Source of the DNA: Cetorhinus maximus | Lineage: Eukaryota | Assembly: GCF_964194155.1 (NCBI RefSeq) | Contig: NC_135911.1 | Span: forward strand, 11,222,001 to 11,286,000 | Length of the DNA stretch: 64,000 nucleotides | Direction of reading: 5' to 3' | Part shown: piece by piece, positions 33,101 through 47,852 of the stretch | How positions within the stretch are numbered: position 1 is the first letter of the stretch | Layout: each line of letters begins with the position of its first letter | Notes under the pieces: generated by a model | What the model was told of the DNA's origin: nothing | Seen by the model: only the letters and a program-made list of their open reading frames with translations | Databases searched by the model: none | Program-made: the position numbers and the translations under genes

Positions 33101-33800
33101 CCTTTTTGGGTCTGCTTTTAAGTTTAACCCACAGCTGCTCATACTCCCTCAGAAGTCCTGCCAATGCCATTGGTACCCACGCGGACCACGACCACTGGGT
33201 CCTTCCTCTCCGACTCCAGGTTCCTCTCCAGACCCGAGGAGCTGTCCTTAAGCCTGGAACTGAGCAGGCAACACAACCGTTCACAGAGAACTGTCTTTAT
33301 TCTCTTCACCAAACAGTCCCCCCACGAACATTACATTCCTATTTACACCCCACCTCCCTCCACTTGAATGGCGTCCTGCAGCATGATGCCTTGGTCAGTT
33401 CGCTTGTCCACACTGCAGCCCCCACTTTCATCCAGACCAGCTGCAAGGGCCTCGAGCCTGTTGGACAAGTGCAAAGGGCTGAGGGCCCCCCACATCTACC
33501 TCCTCGGCCCCCAAACCTGCCTCACCCGCAGTCACTCCCTCCAGTCCCTGAGCACTGACCCAATCAGAGGACTCCAGCCTAAGGGCTTTGACCGCCTCTG
33601 GGGACAACACAATCCAGGTGACCACACCTCTCCACCTCCTGCACCCTAGATGCATCGCAGAGTCCAAAGCCCGGACTCCAGCTCATTAGTCTCTGAGCTG
33701 GAGTTCCTCGAGCTGCGGACACTGACGGTAGATGTGTCACACAGGGACCCTCCATCCCTTGTGGGCTGCACCTTTTTGCCTCATCACATCCCCGCCAAGC
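30150..33800 (-). mobile_element. Second (duplicated) copy of the same minus-strand CR1, 3'-clipped and interrupted by a nested CR1
   Basis: Colinear and highly similar to 26320-28590; KFADGTKIG RT motif in ORF 30601..30825. Confidence 0.9.
30840..32218 (+). mobile_element. Nested 5'-truncated CR1 LINE (RT and 3' end)
   Basis: ORF 31168..32007 with GVPQGSVLGP, FADDTKIG, WQMEFNAEKC, LEHCVQFWSP. In-frame stops upstream; GTTCTATGGTTCTA tail. Flanks rejoin to the sequence seen uninterrupted near 27000-27020. Confidence 0.92.
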
Positions 33801-34188
33801 ACCTCGGTGGAGGGGACGTTTTACTTTGTCCAGGGCGCTATCGGAATTCAAGTTTTTGTCACAACTTTCCTACACTTCAGCTGTGGGACATTTAACATCT
33901 GGCGTTTGGGGTGGACGTGTCCAGTAATGGTGATTGATTTTCCAGTAATGGAGGTTAATTCTCCTGTAATGGTGATTGATTCAGGGTTTGTGCCTGGACA
34001 ACGTATCAATACAGACCTGAGGTCAACAGCTACAAGCGTCTCTCCTTCCAGAATTCGCTTCTCAAATGAGTTCTTGCAGCTGATTAATGATTAGCCACGT
34101 CCGATTGCTGGGACTGTCACTTTAAGCGACATATATAATGGACAGGGGCTTCACTGGGATCATTCCCTGCGCTGGGATAAGCTGTAAG

Positions 34189-34228
34189 ATGCAGGCTTTC
34201 CTCTTCACCCTGCTCCTGGGAGCGGCAG
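34189..34228 (+). pseudogene. Orphan exon 1 with mutated splice donor (GT>AT)
   Basis: GCGGCAG|ATATGA at 34229; TATA changed to TATATAAT; degenerate 21-bp VNTR; no downstream exons before the promoter of copy C. Confidence 0.85.
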
Positions 34229-34694
34229 ATATGATCACAGATATACTGAAATGTGTGTGTGGGGGTCCACAAGCGTGGCTGCTTGTCTGGCAATGTCTCA
34301 TCTCCCTGGCTACCCATCCCCATTCCTTTCCCAGGCAACAGTCTGAGACTGAACCTGTCAGCTTGTAACCTCGGGGTCACATTTGACCCCCAGATTTGCT
34401 AACTGTCAAACCATTCCTATTTCCACCTCCGCAACATTGCCCAGCTTCACCCCGATCCCGTCTCGTCTCATCTCATCTACTGCTGAAACCCTCATCCAAT
34501 CCAGCATTGACCCCAGATGCGACTATTCCGACAAATCCCTGACTGTTCTCCCACGTTCTACCCTCCGAAAACTTAATGTTATCCGAACCTCTGCTGCCCG
34601 TGTCTTAACTCGCACTGAGTCCCACTCACCTATCATCTCTGGTGCTCGCTGACCAGCGTTGGCTCCTGGTTAGAATCATATTGATTTTAAAATT

Positions 34695-37600
34695 CCTCCA
34701 GCCACTACAACCCTCCCTATCTCTGTAACCTCCTCCAGCCCCTACAACCATCCCCATTTCTGTGAACACCTCCAGCCCCTACAACCCTCCCTATCTCTGT
34801 AACCTCCTCCAGACCCTACACCCCTCCCTATCTCTGTAACCTCCTCCAGCCCCTACAAACTTCCCTATCTCTATATCCTCCTCCAGCCCCTACAACCCTC
34901 CCTATCTCTCTAACCTCCTCGAGCCCCTACAACCCTCCCTTATCTCTGTAACCTCCTCCAGCACCTACAACTCTCCCTATCTCTGTAACCTCCAGCCCCA
35001 ACTACCCTCTCTATCTCTGGAACTTCCTCCAGCCTCTACAACCCTCCCTATCTCTGTAACCTCCTCCTGCCCGTACAACACTCCCTATCTCTATAACCTC
35101 CTCCAGCCCCTACCACCCTCCCTATCTCTGAAACCTCCTCCAGCCCCTACAACCCTCCCTATCCCTGTAACCTCCTGAAGCACCAACAACCCTCCCTATC
35201 ACTGTAACCTCCTCCAGCGCCTATAGCTGTCCCTATCTCTGTAACCACCTACAGGAAGTACAACCCTGCCTATCTCAGGGAACTATTCTTACCCCTACAA
35301 ACCGCACTATCTCTTTAACCTCCTCCAATCCCTTAAGACCTCCCTATCTCTGTAACCGCCGGCAACACCTACAAACCTCTGTATCTCTGTAACATCCTCC
35401 AGCCCCTACAAACCTCCCTATCTCTGTAACATCCTCCAGCCCCAACAACTCTCCGCATCTCTGTAACCTCCTCCAGCAGTTGCAAACCTCCCCATCTCTG
35501 TGAACACCTCAAGCCCCTACAACCCTCCCCATTTCTGTGAACACCTCCAGCCCCTACAACCCTCCCTATCGCTGTAACCTCCTCCAGCCCCTACAACCTG
35601 CCTTATCTCTGTAACCTCCTCCAGCACCTTCAAACCTCCCTATCTCTGTAACCTCCTCCAGCACCTACATCCCTCCGTATCTCTGTAACCTCCTCTAGCC
35701 CCAACATCCCTCCGCATCTCTGTAACTTCCTCCAGCCACTACAAATCTCCTTATCTTTGTAACATCCTCCAGACCCTACAACCCTCCCTATCTCTGTAAC
35801 CTCCTCCAACCAATACAACTCAACCTATCTCTATAACGTCCTCCAGCACCTACAACAAACCCCATCTCTGTAACCGCCTGCAGCCCCTACAACACTCCCC
35901 ATCTCTGTAACTTCCTCCAAACCCCACAACTCACTCTATCTCTGTAACCTCCTCAAGCCCATACAACCCTCCGTATCTCTGCAACATCCTCCACCACCTA
36001 CAAATCTCCCTAGCTCTGTAAACTCCTCCAGCACCTACAACCCTCCCAATCTCTGTGACCTCCCCCAGCCCCTACGACCTTCCCGATCTCTGTAGACTCC
36101 TAGAGGCCTTACAACAATCCCTATCTCTGTAACCTCTTCCAGCCCCGACAACCGTCCGCATCTCTGTAACCTCCTCCAGACCCTACACCCCTCCCTATCT
36201 CTGTAACCACCTCCAGACCCTACAACCCTCCATATCTCGATAACCCCCTACAGCCCCTACAACACTGCCTTTCACTGCAACCTACTCCAGCCCAAACAAC
36301 CCACCGTATCTCTGTAACCTCCTCCATCACCTACAACACTCACTAACACCCAAATTCCACCCGCCCCTAGAACCAAACCTATCTCTAGAACCTCCTCCAG
36401 CCCCTACAACACTCCCCATCTGTAAACTCCACTAGCCCCTACAACCCTCCCTATCTCTGTAACCTCCAGCCGCCACTAAAACACTCCATATCTCTGTAAA
36501 CTCCTGCAGCCGCTACAACCCTCCCTATCTCTGTAACCTCATCCAGCACCTACAAACCTCCCTATCTCTTCAACCTTCACCAGCCCCTACAACACTCCCC
36601 ATCTCTGTAACCTCCTCGAAACCCCACAACCCTCCCTATCTCTGTAACCTACCCCAGCCCGTACAACCGTCCGTATCATTGGAACATCCTCCAGCACATA
36701 CAACCCACCCTATCTCTGTAACCTCTTTCCAGCACCTGCAACCCTCCCTATCTCTGTAACATGCTCGAGCCCCTACAACCATCCCCATCTCTGTAACCTC
36801 CTCCAGCAGCTCAAGCCTCCCCATCTCTGTGAACACCTCCAGCCTCTACAACCCTCCCAATCTCTGTGACCTCCTCTAGTCCTTACAACCCTCCCTATCG
36901 CTGTAACCTCCTCCAGACCCTACATCCCTCCATATCTCAGTAACCTCCTCTAGCCCCAACTACCATCCCCATCTTTGTAACCTCCTCCAGCTACTATAAT
37001 TCTCTCTATCTCTGAAACCTCCTCCAGCCCCTACAATCTTCGCTATCTCTGTAAACTCCTCCAGCTCCTACAACCCTCCTTATTTCTGTAACCTCCTGCA
37101 GCCCCTACAACACTCCCCATCTCTGTAACTACCTCCAAACCCCACAACTCCTTCTATCTCTGTAACTTCCTCCAGCCCATACAACCCTCCGTATCTCTGT
37201 AATATCCTCCACTACCTCCAAATCTCCCTATCTCTGTAAACTCCTCCAGCCCCTACAAGCCTCCCCATCTCTGTAACCTCCTCCAGTAGTTACAACCCTC
37301 CCCATTTCTGTGAACACCTCTAGCCCCTACAACCCTCCCCATCTCTGTGAACTCCTCCAGCCCCAAAAACCCTGCTTATCACTGTAACCTCCTCCAGCAC
37401 CTACAACACTCCCTATCTCTGTAACCATCTCCAGCCCCTACAACACTGCCAAACTCTGTAACCTTCTCCAGCCCCTACATCACTCCCTATCTCTGTAAAC
37501 TCCTCCAACCCCTACAAAACTCCCTATCTCTTCAACTTTCTCCAGCACCTACAACCCTCCGCATGTCTGTGACCTCCTCCAGCCGCAAAAACGCTCCCCA

Positions 37601-37745
37601 TCTCTGTAACCTCCTGCAGTCCCTACAACACTCCATATCTCTGTAACCTACTCCAGCCCCTACAACACTCACTAACTTTGTAACCTCATCCGGCCCCTAC
37701 AACCCTCCTCATCTCTGTGACCTCCTACAGCCCCTACAACCCACC
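34695..37745. repeat. 37-bp minisatellite array (~3 kb)
   Basis: Tandem diverged units. Confidence 0.92.
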
Positions 37746-38255
37746 CCGTTTCCCCAGTACTGGTGCCAGACCCCATGAATAGAAACCCAATTCTCCCAAC
37801 ACAAATCTTACAGCCACACGGTCATACAAACATACTGACATAAGTACAATCAGAGGACTCCAGCCTAAGGGCTGTGACCGCCTCTGGGGACAACACAATC
37901 CAGGTGACCACACCTCTCCACCTCCTGCACCCTAGATGCATCGCAGAGTCCAAAGCCCGGACTCCAGCTCATTAGTCTCTGAGCTGGAGTTCCTCGAGCT
38001 GCGGACACTCACGGTAGATGTGTCACACAGGGACCCTCCATCCCTTGTGGGCTGCACCTTTTTGCCTCAACACATCCCCGCGAACCACCTCGGTGGTGGG
38101 GGGAGGTTTTAATTTGTCCAAGGCGCTATCGGAATGCAAGTTTTTATCGTAATTTGCGTGCAGGGTGGACGTGTCGAGTAATGGTGATTGATTGTCCAGT
38201 AATGGTGATTGATTGTCCAGTAATGGTGATTGATTGTCCAGTAATGGTGATTGAT

Positions 38256-38463
38256 TCAGGGTTTGTGCCTGGACAACGTATCAATACAGACCTGAGGTCA
38301 ACAGATGCAAGCGTCTCTCCGTCCAGAATTTGCTTCTCAAACGAGGTCTTGAAGCTGATTCATGATTAGCCACGTCCGATTGCTGGGACTGTCACTTTAA
38401 GCCACATATATAAAGGACAGCAGCTTCACTGGGATCATTACCAGCGCCGGGATAAGCTGTAAG
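38256..38463 (+). promoter_or_regulatory. Proximal promoter of copy C, TATA 38407-38414
   Basis: Same conserved block and spacing. Confidence 0.7.
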
Positions 38464-41400
38464 ATGCAGGCTTTCCTCTTCACCCTGCTCCTGGGAGTGG
38501 CAGGTATGATCACAGATATACTGAAATGTGTGTGTGGGGGTCCACAAGCGTGGCTGCTTGTCTGGCAATGTCTCCTCTCCCTGGCTACCCATCCCCATTC
38601 CTTTCCCAGGCAACAGGCTGAGACTGAACCTGTCAGCTTGTAACCTCGGGGTCACATTTGACCCCCAGATTTGCTCACTGTCAAACCATTCCTATTTCCA
38701 CCTCCGCAACATTGCCCAGCTTCACCCCGACCCCGTCTCCTCTCATCTCATCTACTGCTGAAACCCTCATCCAATCCAGCATTGACCCCAGATGCGGCTA
38801 TTCCGACAAATCCCTGACTGTTCTCCCACGTTACACCCTCCGGAAACTTGAGGTCATCCGAACCTCTGCTGCCCGTGTCTTAACTCGCACTGAGTCCCAC
38901 TCACCTATCATCTCTGGTGCTCGCTGACCAGCATTGGCTCCTGGTGAGCAACATATTGATTTTAAAATTCCTCCAGCCCCTACAACCCTCCCTATCTCTG
39001 TAACCTCCTCCAGCGCGTACAACCCTCCCTATCTCTGGAACCTCCTCCAGCCGCTACAACAGTCCCTATCTCTGTAACCTCCTCCAGCCTCTACAACCCT
39101 CCCTATCTCTGTAACCTCCTCCAGCCCTCTCAACCCTCCCTATCTCTGTAACCTCCTCCAGCACCTACAACCCTCTCTATCTCTGTAACCTCCTCCAGCC
39201 CCTACAACCCTCCCTATCCTTGTAACCTCCTCCAGCGCCTACAACCCTCCCTATCCCTGTAACCTCCTCCAGGCCCTAAAAACCTCCCTATCTCACCTCC
39301 CTATCTCTGTAACCTCCTCCAGTCCCTACAACCCTCTGAGATCTCTGCTCTCCTCCAATTCCGGCCTCTTGACCATCCCCCGATTCCCATTGCTCCACCA
39401 TTGGCGGCCGTGCCATCAGCTGCCTGGGGCCCTAAACTCTGAAAATCCCTCCCTAAACCTCTCCACCTCTCTATGTCTCTCTTTCTCACTCTCTCCCTCC
39501 TCCTTTAAAACGCTCTTAAAATCCAATCATTATGACTAAACCTTTGGCTGCCTGTCCCTGATGTCTCTTTATGTGACTCAGCGAGATACTTTGTTTGATA
39601 ATCAACCCTGTGAAGCTGTTTCATTATGTTAAAGGCACTATAGAAACGTAAATGTTGTTTTTGCTAAGTGTCTGAGTGTGTGCATACGTGAGCGTGTGTA
39701 TGTGTGTGAGTGTATGTATTTGTGTGTGTGTATGTCATTATGTGTACATGTACAGGTGTGGGTGTGTGTATTTGTGTGTGTGTATGAGATTGTGTGTATG
39801 TGTTTGTGAGAGAATGGATGTGTGTTTGTGTGTGCGTGTACATTTGTGAGTGTGTGTGTGTTTGTGTGCGTGTGTCTGAATGTAAGTATGTACGTGCGTG
39901 TGTGAGTGAGTCTCCGTGTGTCTATGTGTATGAGTGTGTGTATTTGTGTGTGTGTATATGTGTGTGTGTCCGTGTATGTGCCTGCACGTGTGAGACTGGG
40001 TGTGTGTGTTTGTGTGTGAGTGTGATTGTGTCTTTATTTGTGTGTGACTGTGACTCTGTGTGTGTAAGTGTGTGTATTTGTATGTTTGTTACTGTGAGTA
40101 AATGTGTGTATTTGTGTGTGTGTGACAGTGTGTAAGTGTATGTATTGTGAGTGGGTGTGTCTCAGAGTGTGTATGTGTGTGTGACTGTGTGTGCGTGTGT
40201 GTGTGTTAATTTATGTGTGAGTGTGACTGTGTGTGTTTGTCTGTGTGTAAGTGTGTGTATTTGCACGTGTGTGTGACTGCGTGCATGTGTGTGTGTGTGT
40301 AGTTTGTGTTTGTGTCTTTGTGTGTATGTGTGTATTTATGTGTGTGTGTGACTGTGTGTGTGTGTGACTGTGTGTAAGTGTGAGTATTTGTGCGTATGTG
40401 ATTGCGTGCCTGTGCGTAAGTGTGTGTGTGTGTGTGTGTCACTGTCTGTGTGTGGGTGGGTGTGCGTGACTGAGTGTGTGCGTGACTGTGTGTGTGTGTG
40501 ACTGTGTGTGTGTGTGACTGTGTGTGTGTGTGTGACTGTGGGTGTGTGGGTGACTGTGGGTGTGTGTGTGACTGTGGGTGTGTGCGTATTTGTGTGCCTG
40601 TGCTTATTTGTGTGACTGTGCGTATTTGTGTGTATGTGCATAATTGTGTGACTGTGTGTATTTGTGTGACTGTGTACATGTGTGTATGTGTAGATATGTG
40701 TAAGTATGTGTGTGATTTTGTAAGTGTGTTTATTTGTGTGTGTGTGATTGTGTGTAAGCGTGTGTGTGTGTGTGACTGCGTAAGTGTGTGTGTGTTTGTG
40801 TGTGATTGTGTGTAAGTGTGTGTGTGTGTGACTGTGGGTGCGTGGGTGCAATCAGATGATGAACCTCACTCTCTGTATTTTTCTTTACTCAGCTGCTGCT
40901 CCTGCGAATGTGAAGATCATTAACGGCCAGAATTGTTATCCTCACTCTATGCCCTGGCAGGTTTTTCTGACCTATAATGGGAATCGCTGGTGTGGGGGCT
41001 CCCTGATAAACCACCAGTGGATAGTGTCAGCTGCTCATTGTTACCAACCGTAAGTCCAGAGATTATCTCAGCAACAAGCAAACATAAAAACATACACAAA
41101 CATACAAACATACACAAACATACAAATGTCCACAAACATACATACAAACATACACAAACAAACATACATAAACATACAGACACTCACAAACATACATACA
41201 AACATACATAAACATACAAACACTCACAAACCTACATACATACACATACATACAGTCACAAACATACACAAGCATCCATACATGCAAACATACCCAAACA
41301 TACAAATGTCCACAAATATACATACAAACATACTCAAACATGCATACAAGCATGCACAAACATACATACAAAAACACACGAATACACACAAACATACATA

Positions 41401-44400
41401 CAAGCATACACAAACATATGAACACTCACAAACACACACAAACAAACACAAACATAGAAACATAGACAAACATACATACAAACATATACAATCATACACA
41501 GATCAACACTGAATGATACAGAGACAAAAACATGAACATACAGATGTCCAAGCATACAATCTTACAGCGCACACATATAAACAATGATGGAGTAATAAGG
41601 GTTCTCTTGCAGACATTTCTCATACTTTCTGTATCACAATATGTGCACTCACCCTCCAAAAACGCTATATAGAAACTTCATCATCCCCCAAAAACCTCCA
41701 GAAAAAGGCAAAACTCCAGATGACTAATGCCCGGGTAGTGAGGGGGCAGTTTGACACTGGCCTCCTCTACATTCTTTTCTTATTCTTGTTGGCAAGAAGG
41801 ACCCAAAATTAATGATTAAAACAGGGGTCAAAGTGAAAGGAAGGAGCAAGCCAAAGAGGAGCAGCAGATACAAAACACGGGCTTCAGCCTCAGCTGGAGG
41901 ATTGTGTCCAGCTCTGGGCACCACACTTTAGGAAGGATGTGAAGGCATTAGAGAGAGAGCAGTAAGGATTCATGAGAATGGATCCAGGGATGAGGAACTT
42001 CAGTTAATGTGGAGAGAGTGGAGGAGCTGGGACTGTTCTCCTTGGGGAATATGTATGCTTGTATGTATGTTTGTGTATGTTTGTATGTTGGTGTATGTTT
42101 GTATGTATGTCTCTCCTTGGAGAAGAGAAGGTGGAGAGGAGATTTGATAGAGGGGTTCAAAATCACGAGGGGTCTGGACTGGGTAGAGAGGGAGAAACCG
42201 TTCCCATTGTGGGGAAGGATCGAGAACCAGAGGGGCACAGATTTAAGGGGATTAGTAAAAGAAGCAACGGAGACATGAGGAGAAACTTTTTCACCCTGCG
42301 AGTGGCTAGGATCTGGAATGCACTGCCCGAGAGTTTGAGGGAGGCAGGTTCAATCGAGGCTTTCGAAAGGGAATCAGGTTGTTATCCGAAGGTGAAACAT
42401 TTGCAGGGTTACGGGGAAAGGACAGGGGGGATGGGTTTAGGTGAGTTGCTCTTTCAGAGGGCCAACAGGGACACGACAGGCTGAATGGCCTCCAGCTGCG
42501 CGATAACCATTCGGCGGCTTCCGGGAAACAGGAAGTGGGGAAATGACAGTGTTGAGCACTTCTCCTCTGATTGCCCAGGGCCAGCATCCTCGTGGCGCAT
42601 CTGGGCGAACACAACCTCTCTCACCCCGAGGGGACGGAGCAGCGAATCCAAGTGGCCTCGGCCATCGTGCACCCCAGGTTCGACCACATGAACTTCAACA
42701 ACGACATCATGCTGCTCAAACTCGCCTGGCCCGCCAAATTCGACCGGTACGTCAGGCCCATCCCTCTGCCCAGCCAGTGTGCCACAGCCGGGACTGGATG
42801 CATCACCTCTGGCTGGGGGACACTCGTGATTAACGGAGGTAAGGAGGGCCGGGGTGGTGAGGGGTTGGTGGAGGGGGTAGCGGGAAGGCGAGTTGGGGTT
42901 GGGGGGCTGTTGGTTAGAACCTGAATGAATACTGCGCTGGTTTGAGGGGATGGTGGGTGGGAGGGCAGTGGGGGGTGTTGGAATGTGCGATCAAGCAATA
43001 ATACTTCACTTTCCAGGCATAACTGAAATGTAGTCAACACTGCTCCCTGGAGACCTGTCCCAGCTTTGGAGACAATTGCAGAGATTTACTAGAAATGTGC
43101 CGGCTCTTTGAAGGATCTATCTAATGAGTCCCCACTCTCCCCCCTGCTCTTTCCCACATAGCCCTATAATTTCCCTCCCTTCAAGTATTTCTCCAATTCC
43201 CCCTTTTGAAAGTTCCTATTGAATCTGCTTCCACCGCCCTTTCAGGCAGCGCCTTCCAGATCACAACAACTCGCTGTGTGAAAAAAATAATTCTCCTCAT
43301 CTCCCCCTCTGGTTCTTTTTCCGATTCTCTTCAATCTGAGTCCCTCTGGTTACCGACCCTCCTGCCGCTGGAAACAGTTTCTCCTTATTGACTCTATCCA
43401 AACCCCTCATGGTTTTGAACATCTCGATTCAATCTCCCCCTTAACCTTCTCTGCTCTAAGGTGAACAATCCCAGCTTCTCCAGTCTCTCCACATTCGTCC
43501 CAAAACCTGTGCTCACAGCCCCACACCCAGACCCAATTAAGCTTGATTTTAGCAATAACACCTTTGTTTTTGAATCCCTCCATGGCTTTTCCCTCCCTAT
43601 CTTTGTAATCTCCTCCAGCCCCTACAACCAACCTGAACTCTGTAACCTCCTCCAGCCCCGACAACCCTATCTCTGTAACCTCCTCAAGCCCCTACAACCA
43701 TTGTGATCTCTGTAACCTCCTCGAGCCCCACAACCATATCTCTGTAACCTCCTCCTGCCCCTACAACCCCATCTCTATAACCTCCTCCAGCCCCTACAAC
43801 CCTCCCTATCTCTGTAACCTCCTCCAGCCCCTACCACACTCCCTATCTCTGTAAACTCCTCCAGCCCCTACAAACCACCCTATCTCAGTAACCTCCTCCA
43901 GCTCCTACAACCATCCCTATCTCTGTAAACTCCTCCCACGCCTACAAGCCTCCCTATCTCTTTAAACAACTCCAGCCCCTACAACCCTGCCTATCTCTGT
44001 AACCTCCTCCAGCCCCAACAACCCTCCCTATCTCAGTAACCTCCTCCAGCCCTTACCACCCTCCCTATCTCTCTAACCTCCTCCAGCCCCTACATCCCAC
44101 CCTTTCTCTGTCACCTCCACCAGCTCCTACAACCCTCCCTTTCTCTGTAATTTCCTCCAACCCCAACAATCCTCCGAGATCTTTGCTCTCCTCCAATTCC
44201 GGCCTCTTGACCATCCCCCGATTCCCATCGCTCCACCATTGGCAGCCGTGCCTTCAGCTGCCTGGGTCCCTAAGCTCTGGAATTCCCTCCCTAAACCTCT
44301 CCACCTCTCTCTCTTTCTCCCCCTTTAAAATACTCCTTAAAACGGACCCCTTTAACTGAGCTTTGGGTCATCTGTCCCTAATATCTCCTTATGTAGCCCG

Positions 44401-46237
44401 ATGCCAAATTTAGCTTGTTCATGCTCTTATGAAGCAGCTTGGGATGTTTTATATAGTTAACAGTTCTATATAAATTCAAGTATGCTGTTGTTATTAAGGT
44501 GGTGTTAATAGCCGTCTACGCATGGGCACAATGAGTTATTCTGCTGCTGATTAAGTTGGCCTGTCCCTTTAACAGGGCAACCTCTCATTGATCTAAATGC
44601 TGAGCTCATTCAGAGTTCAATTGCCGATTGGCAAATGCCTGTCAATTTAATCCCTTCTACCTCAAGGGATGTCCCACTGCCAATTGCACATTGTCAGTTC
44701 TCTAGACGGCCACCAGTGTTTCATATTGAGCTCTCCTTCTCCTGGCCACGAGGTTCTTCGCCACCCTGACTACAGTAACCCAACATCTCTTTGTGTCTTG
44801 GCGAGCAGACCTGGATTCAATGCCCAGTGTATGCTTTAACCAGAGCTCTGTACACAACACTCAGTAAGCAAGACTATTGATTAAGTCGCTTGCACGTGGG
44901 AGGAGGAGACTCACGTTTGGATCGGACTGTGCTGACTCATTTCTTTCCCCTTCAGTACAATATCCCGAAGTCCTACAGTGCCTGAATCAGCCCATCCTGC
45001 CTGATGCTGATTGCCGCAAAGCTTATCCACCCTACTTCACCGACAACATGTTCTGCTCAGGATACCTGGAGGGAGGACAGAGCACATGCCAGGTAAGAGT
45101 GGCCCGACAGGGTGAGACCGAATGCATCAAACCATGAGCGATAGGAAGTGTCTCAAGCTGAGAGACAGAGGTTACCTCTCCCTGAGGGATGGGGAATGTC
45201 TGAATTTGAGGGTGCGTAGGAGCAGTAAGAGGCTATTTGGCCCCTTTATCCCTCTGACAGTGCAGTACTCCCTCAGTATGACACTCTGACAGTGCAGCGC
45301 TCCCTCAGTACTGATCCTCCGACGGTGCAGTGCTCCCTCGGTACTGACCCTCCGACAGTGTACAGCTCCCTCAGTACTGACCCTCCGACAGTGCAGCGCT
45401 CCCTCAGAACTGATCCTCCGACAGTGCAGCGCTCCCTCAGTACTGACCTTCCGACAGTGCACCACTCCCTTAGTACTGACCCTCTGACAGTGCAGCACTC
45501 CTTCAATACTGACCCTCCGACAGTGCAGTTCTCCCTCAGTACTGACCCTCCGACAGTGCAGCACTCCCTCTGTGCTGACCCTCCGACAGTGCAGGAATCC
45601 CTCAGTACTGACTCTCCAACATGCAGCACACCCTCAGTACTGACCCTCCGAAAGTGCAGCGCTCCCTTAGTACTGACCATCTGACAGTGCAGCGCTCCCT
45701 CAGTACTGACCCTCCGACAGTGCAGCACTCCCTCAGTACTGACCATCTGACAGTGCAGCACTCCCTCAGTACTGACCCTCCGACAGTGCAGCACTCCCTC
45801 AGCACTGACCCTCTGACAGTGCAGCGCTCCCTCAGCACTGACCATCCGACAGTGCAGCGCTCCCTCAGTACTGACCCTCTGACAGTGCAAAGCTCCCTCA
45901 GCACTGAGCCTTGTCCTTTGGGTCTCTGGACAGATACTCAGACCCGCAACCTCCTGATTGTGCGGACAGAGTACCACCCAGCGAGCTCAGGTCCCACACC
46001 GGGATCCCGGGGGAGCTACGGATGACCATCCGATTATCACTTTGTCTATCTCACTCCGAATTACACTCCATGTCTTTTTTGCTGCAGGGAGACTCAGGGG
46101 GACCTGTGGTCTGTAATGGGGAGCTACAAGGCATTACTTCCTGGGGATACGACTGTGCTATGGAGGATCATCCCAGCGTCTTTGTGAAAGTTTGTAACTA
46201 CAACAACTGGATCCAAAGGGTCATGGCTGAAAACTGA
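38464..46237 (+). CDS. Trypsin-family serine protease, copy C; join(38464..38503,40893..41049,42579..42838,44956..45092,46088..46237)
   Basis: Five exons with canonical splice sites, intact frame and triad. Signal peptide variant LLLGVA; NHQW in exon 2. Confidence 0.95.
45250..45908. repeat. 33-bp minisatellite, intron 4 of C
   Basis: Period 33. Confidence 0.9.
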
Positions 46238-46298
46238 GCGGAGAATCCTAACCCTGAAACTACCTGCAATGAGGGAAAGGAAAATGTTGCAAGTTCCC

Positions 46299-46304
46299 AA
46301 TAAA
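46299..46304 (+). terminator. Polyadenylation signal, copy C
   Basis: AATAAA at the homologous position. Confidence 0.75.
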
Positions 46305-47852
46305 GATTGATTGTCAAGTTGTGTTGCATTTGGATTCTTTTTTTGCTACATCTCTTTTGGAACGTGCAGAATCCCACATCCATCCCCTCGCTGCCTCCAG
46401 ACTGTAACTATTCCAACATTCCTCTCGGCAATCTGCTTTCCTCACAGGGATGTCAGAAATAGGAGCAGGAGGAGGCCATTCAGCCCCTCGAGTCTCCTTC
46501 CCCCATTCTATACGATCATGGCTGATACTCTACCTCGACTCCGCTTTCCCTCCTTATCGCTTAGCGCCCAAAAATCTATCCATCTCCGTCTTGAATGGAT
46601 TCAGCGATGGAGCATCCACAGCTCTCTGGGGGAGAGAATTCCAAAGATTTCTCCTTCCGTAAACTTAAACACATCCAAAAATCTGCTGTCCCCGTGTCTT
46701 AACTCACACAAAGTCTCGTGTACCCAGCAGCCCCTGTTGCTCGCTGATCTACATTGGCTCCTGGTCGGGCAACACATCGATTTTATAATCCCCATCCTGC
46801 TTTTCAAATCCTTCCATGGCTTCCTCACCTCCTCCCTATCTCTGTAACCTCCTCCAGCCCCAACAACACTCCCTATCTCTGAAAACTCCTCCAGCCCCTA
46901 CACCCCTCCCTATCTCTGTAACCTCCTCCAGCCCCTACAACACTCCCTACCTCTGAAACGTTCTCCTGCCCCTACAGCCCTCCCTAACTCTGTAATAACC
47001 GACAACCCATACAACCCTCCCAATGTCTGTAACATCCTCCAGACCCCTACAAACAACCCTATATCTATAACCTCCCCCAGACTCCAAAAACCCTCCCCAT
47101 CTCTGTAACCTCCTCCAGCCCCGACAGCTCTCCCCATCTCTGTAACCTCCTCCAGCCCCAACTACACTCCGAATCTCTGTAACGTCGTACAGCACCTACA
47201 ACACTCCCTATCGCTGTAACCTCCTCCAGCGCACACAACCCTCACTATGTCTGTAACCGCCTCCAGCACCTACAACCATCCCCATCTCTGTAACATCCTC
47301 CAGCCCCTACAACACTCCCTATCTCTGTACGCTCCTCCAGCCCCCATAACACTCCCTGTCTCTGTTACCTCCTCCAGCCCCTACAACACTCCCTATCTCT
47401 GTAACCTCCTCCAGCCCCTACAACCCTCCCCGTTTCCCCAGTAGTGGTGCCAGACCCCATGAATAGAAACCCAATTCTCCCACACAAATCTAACAGCCAC
47501 ACAGTCATACAAACATACTGACATAAGTACAATCAGAGGACTCCAGCCTAAGGGCTGTGACCAACTCTGGGGACAACACAATCCAGGTGACCACACCTCT
47601 CCACCTCCTGCACCCTAGATGCATCGCAGAGTCCAAAGCCCGGACTCCAGCTCATTAGTCTCTGAGCTGGAGTTCCTCGAGCTGCGGACACTCACGGTAG
47701 ATGTGTCACACAGGGACTCTCCATCCCTTGTGGGCTGCACCTTTTTGCCTCATCACATCCCCGCCAAGCACCTCGGTGGGGGGGAACTTATACTGTGTCC
47801 AAGGCGCTATCGGAATGCAAGTTACTGTCGTAATTGGCGTGTGGGGTGGCCG

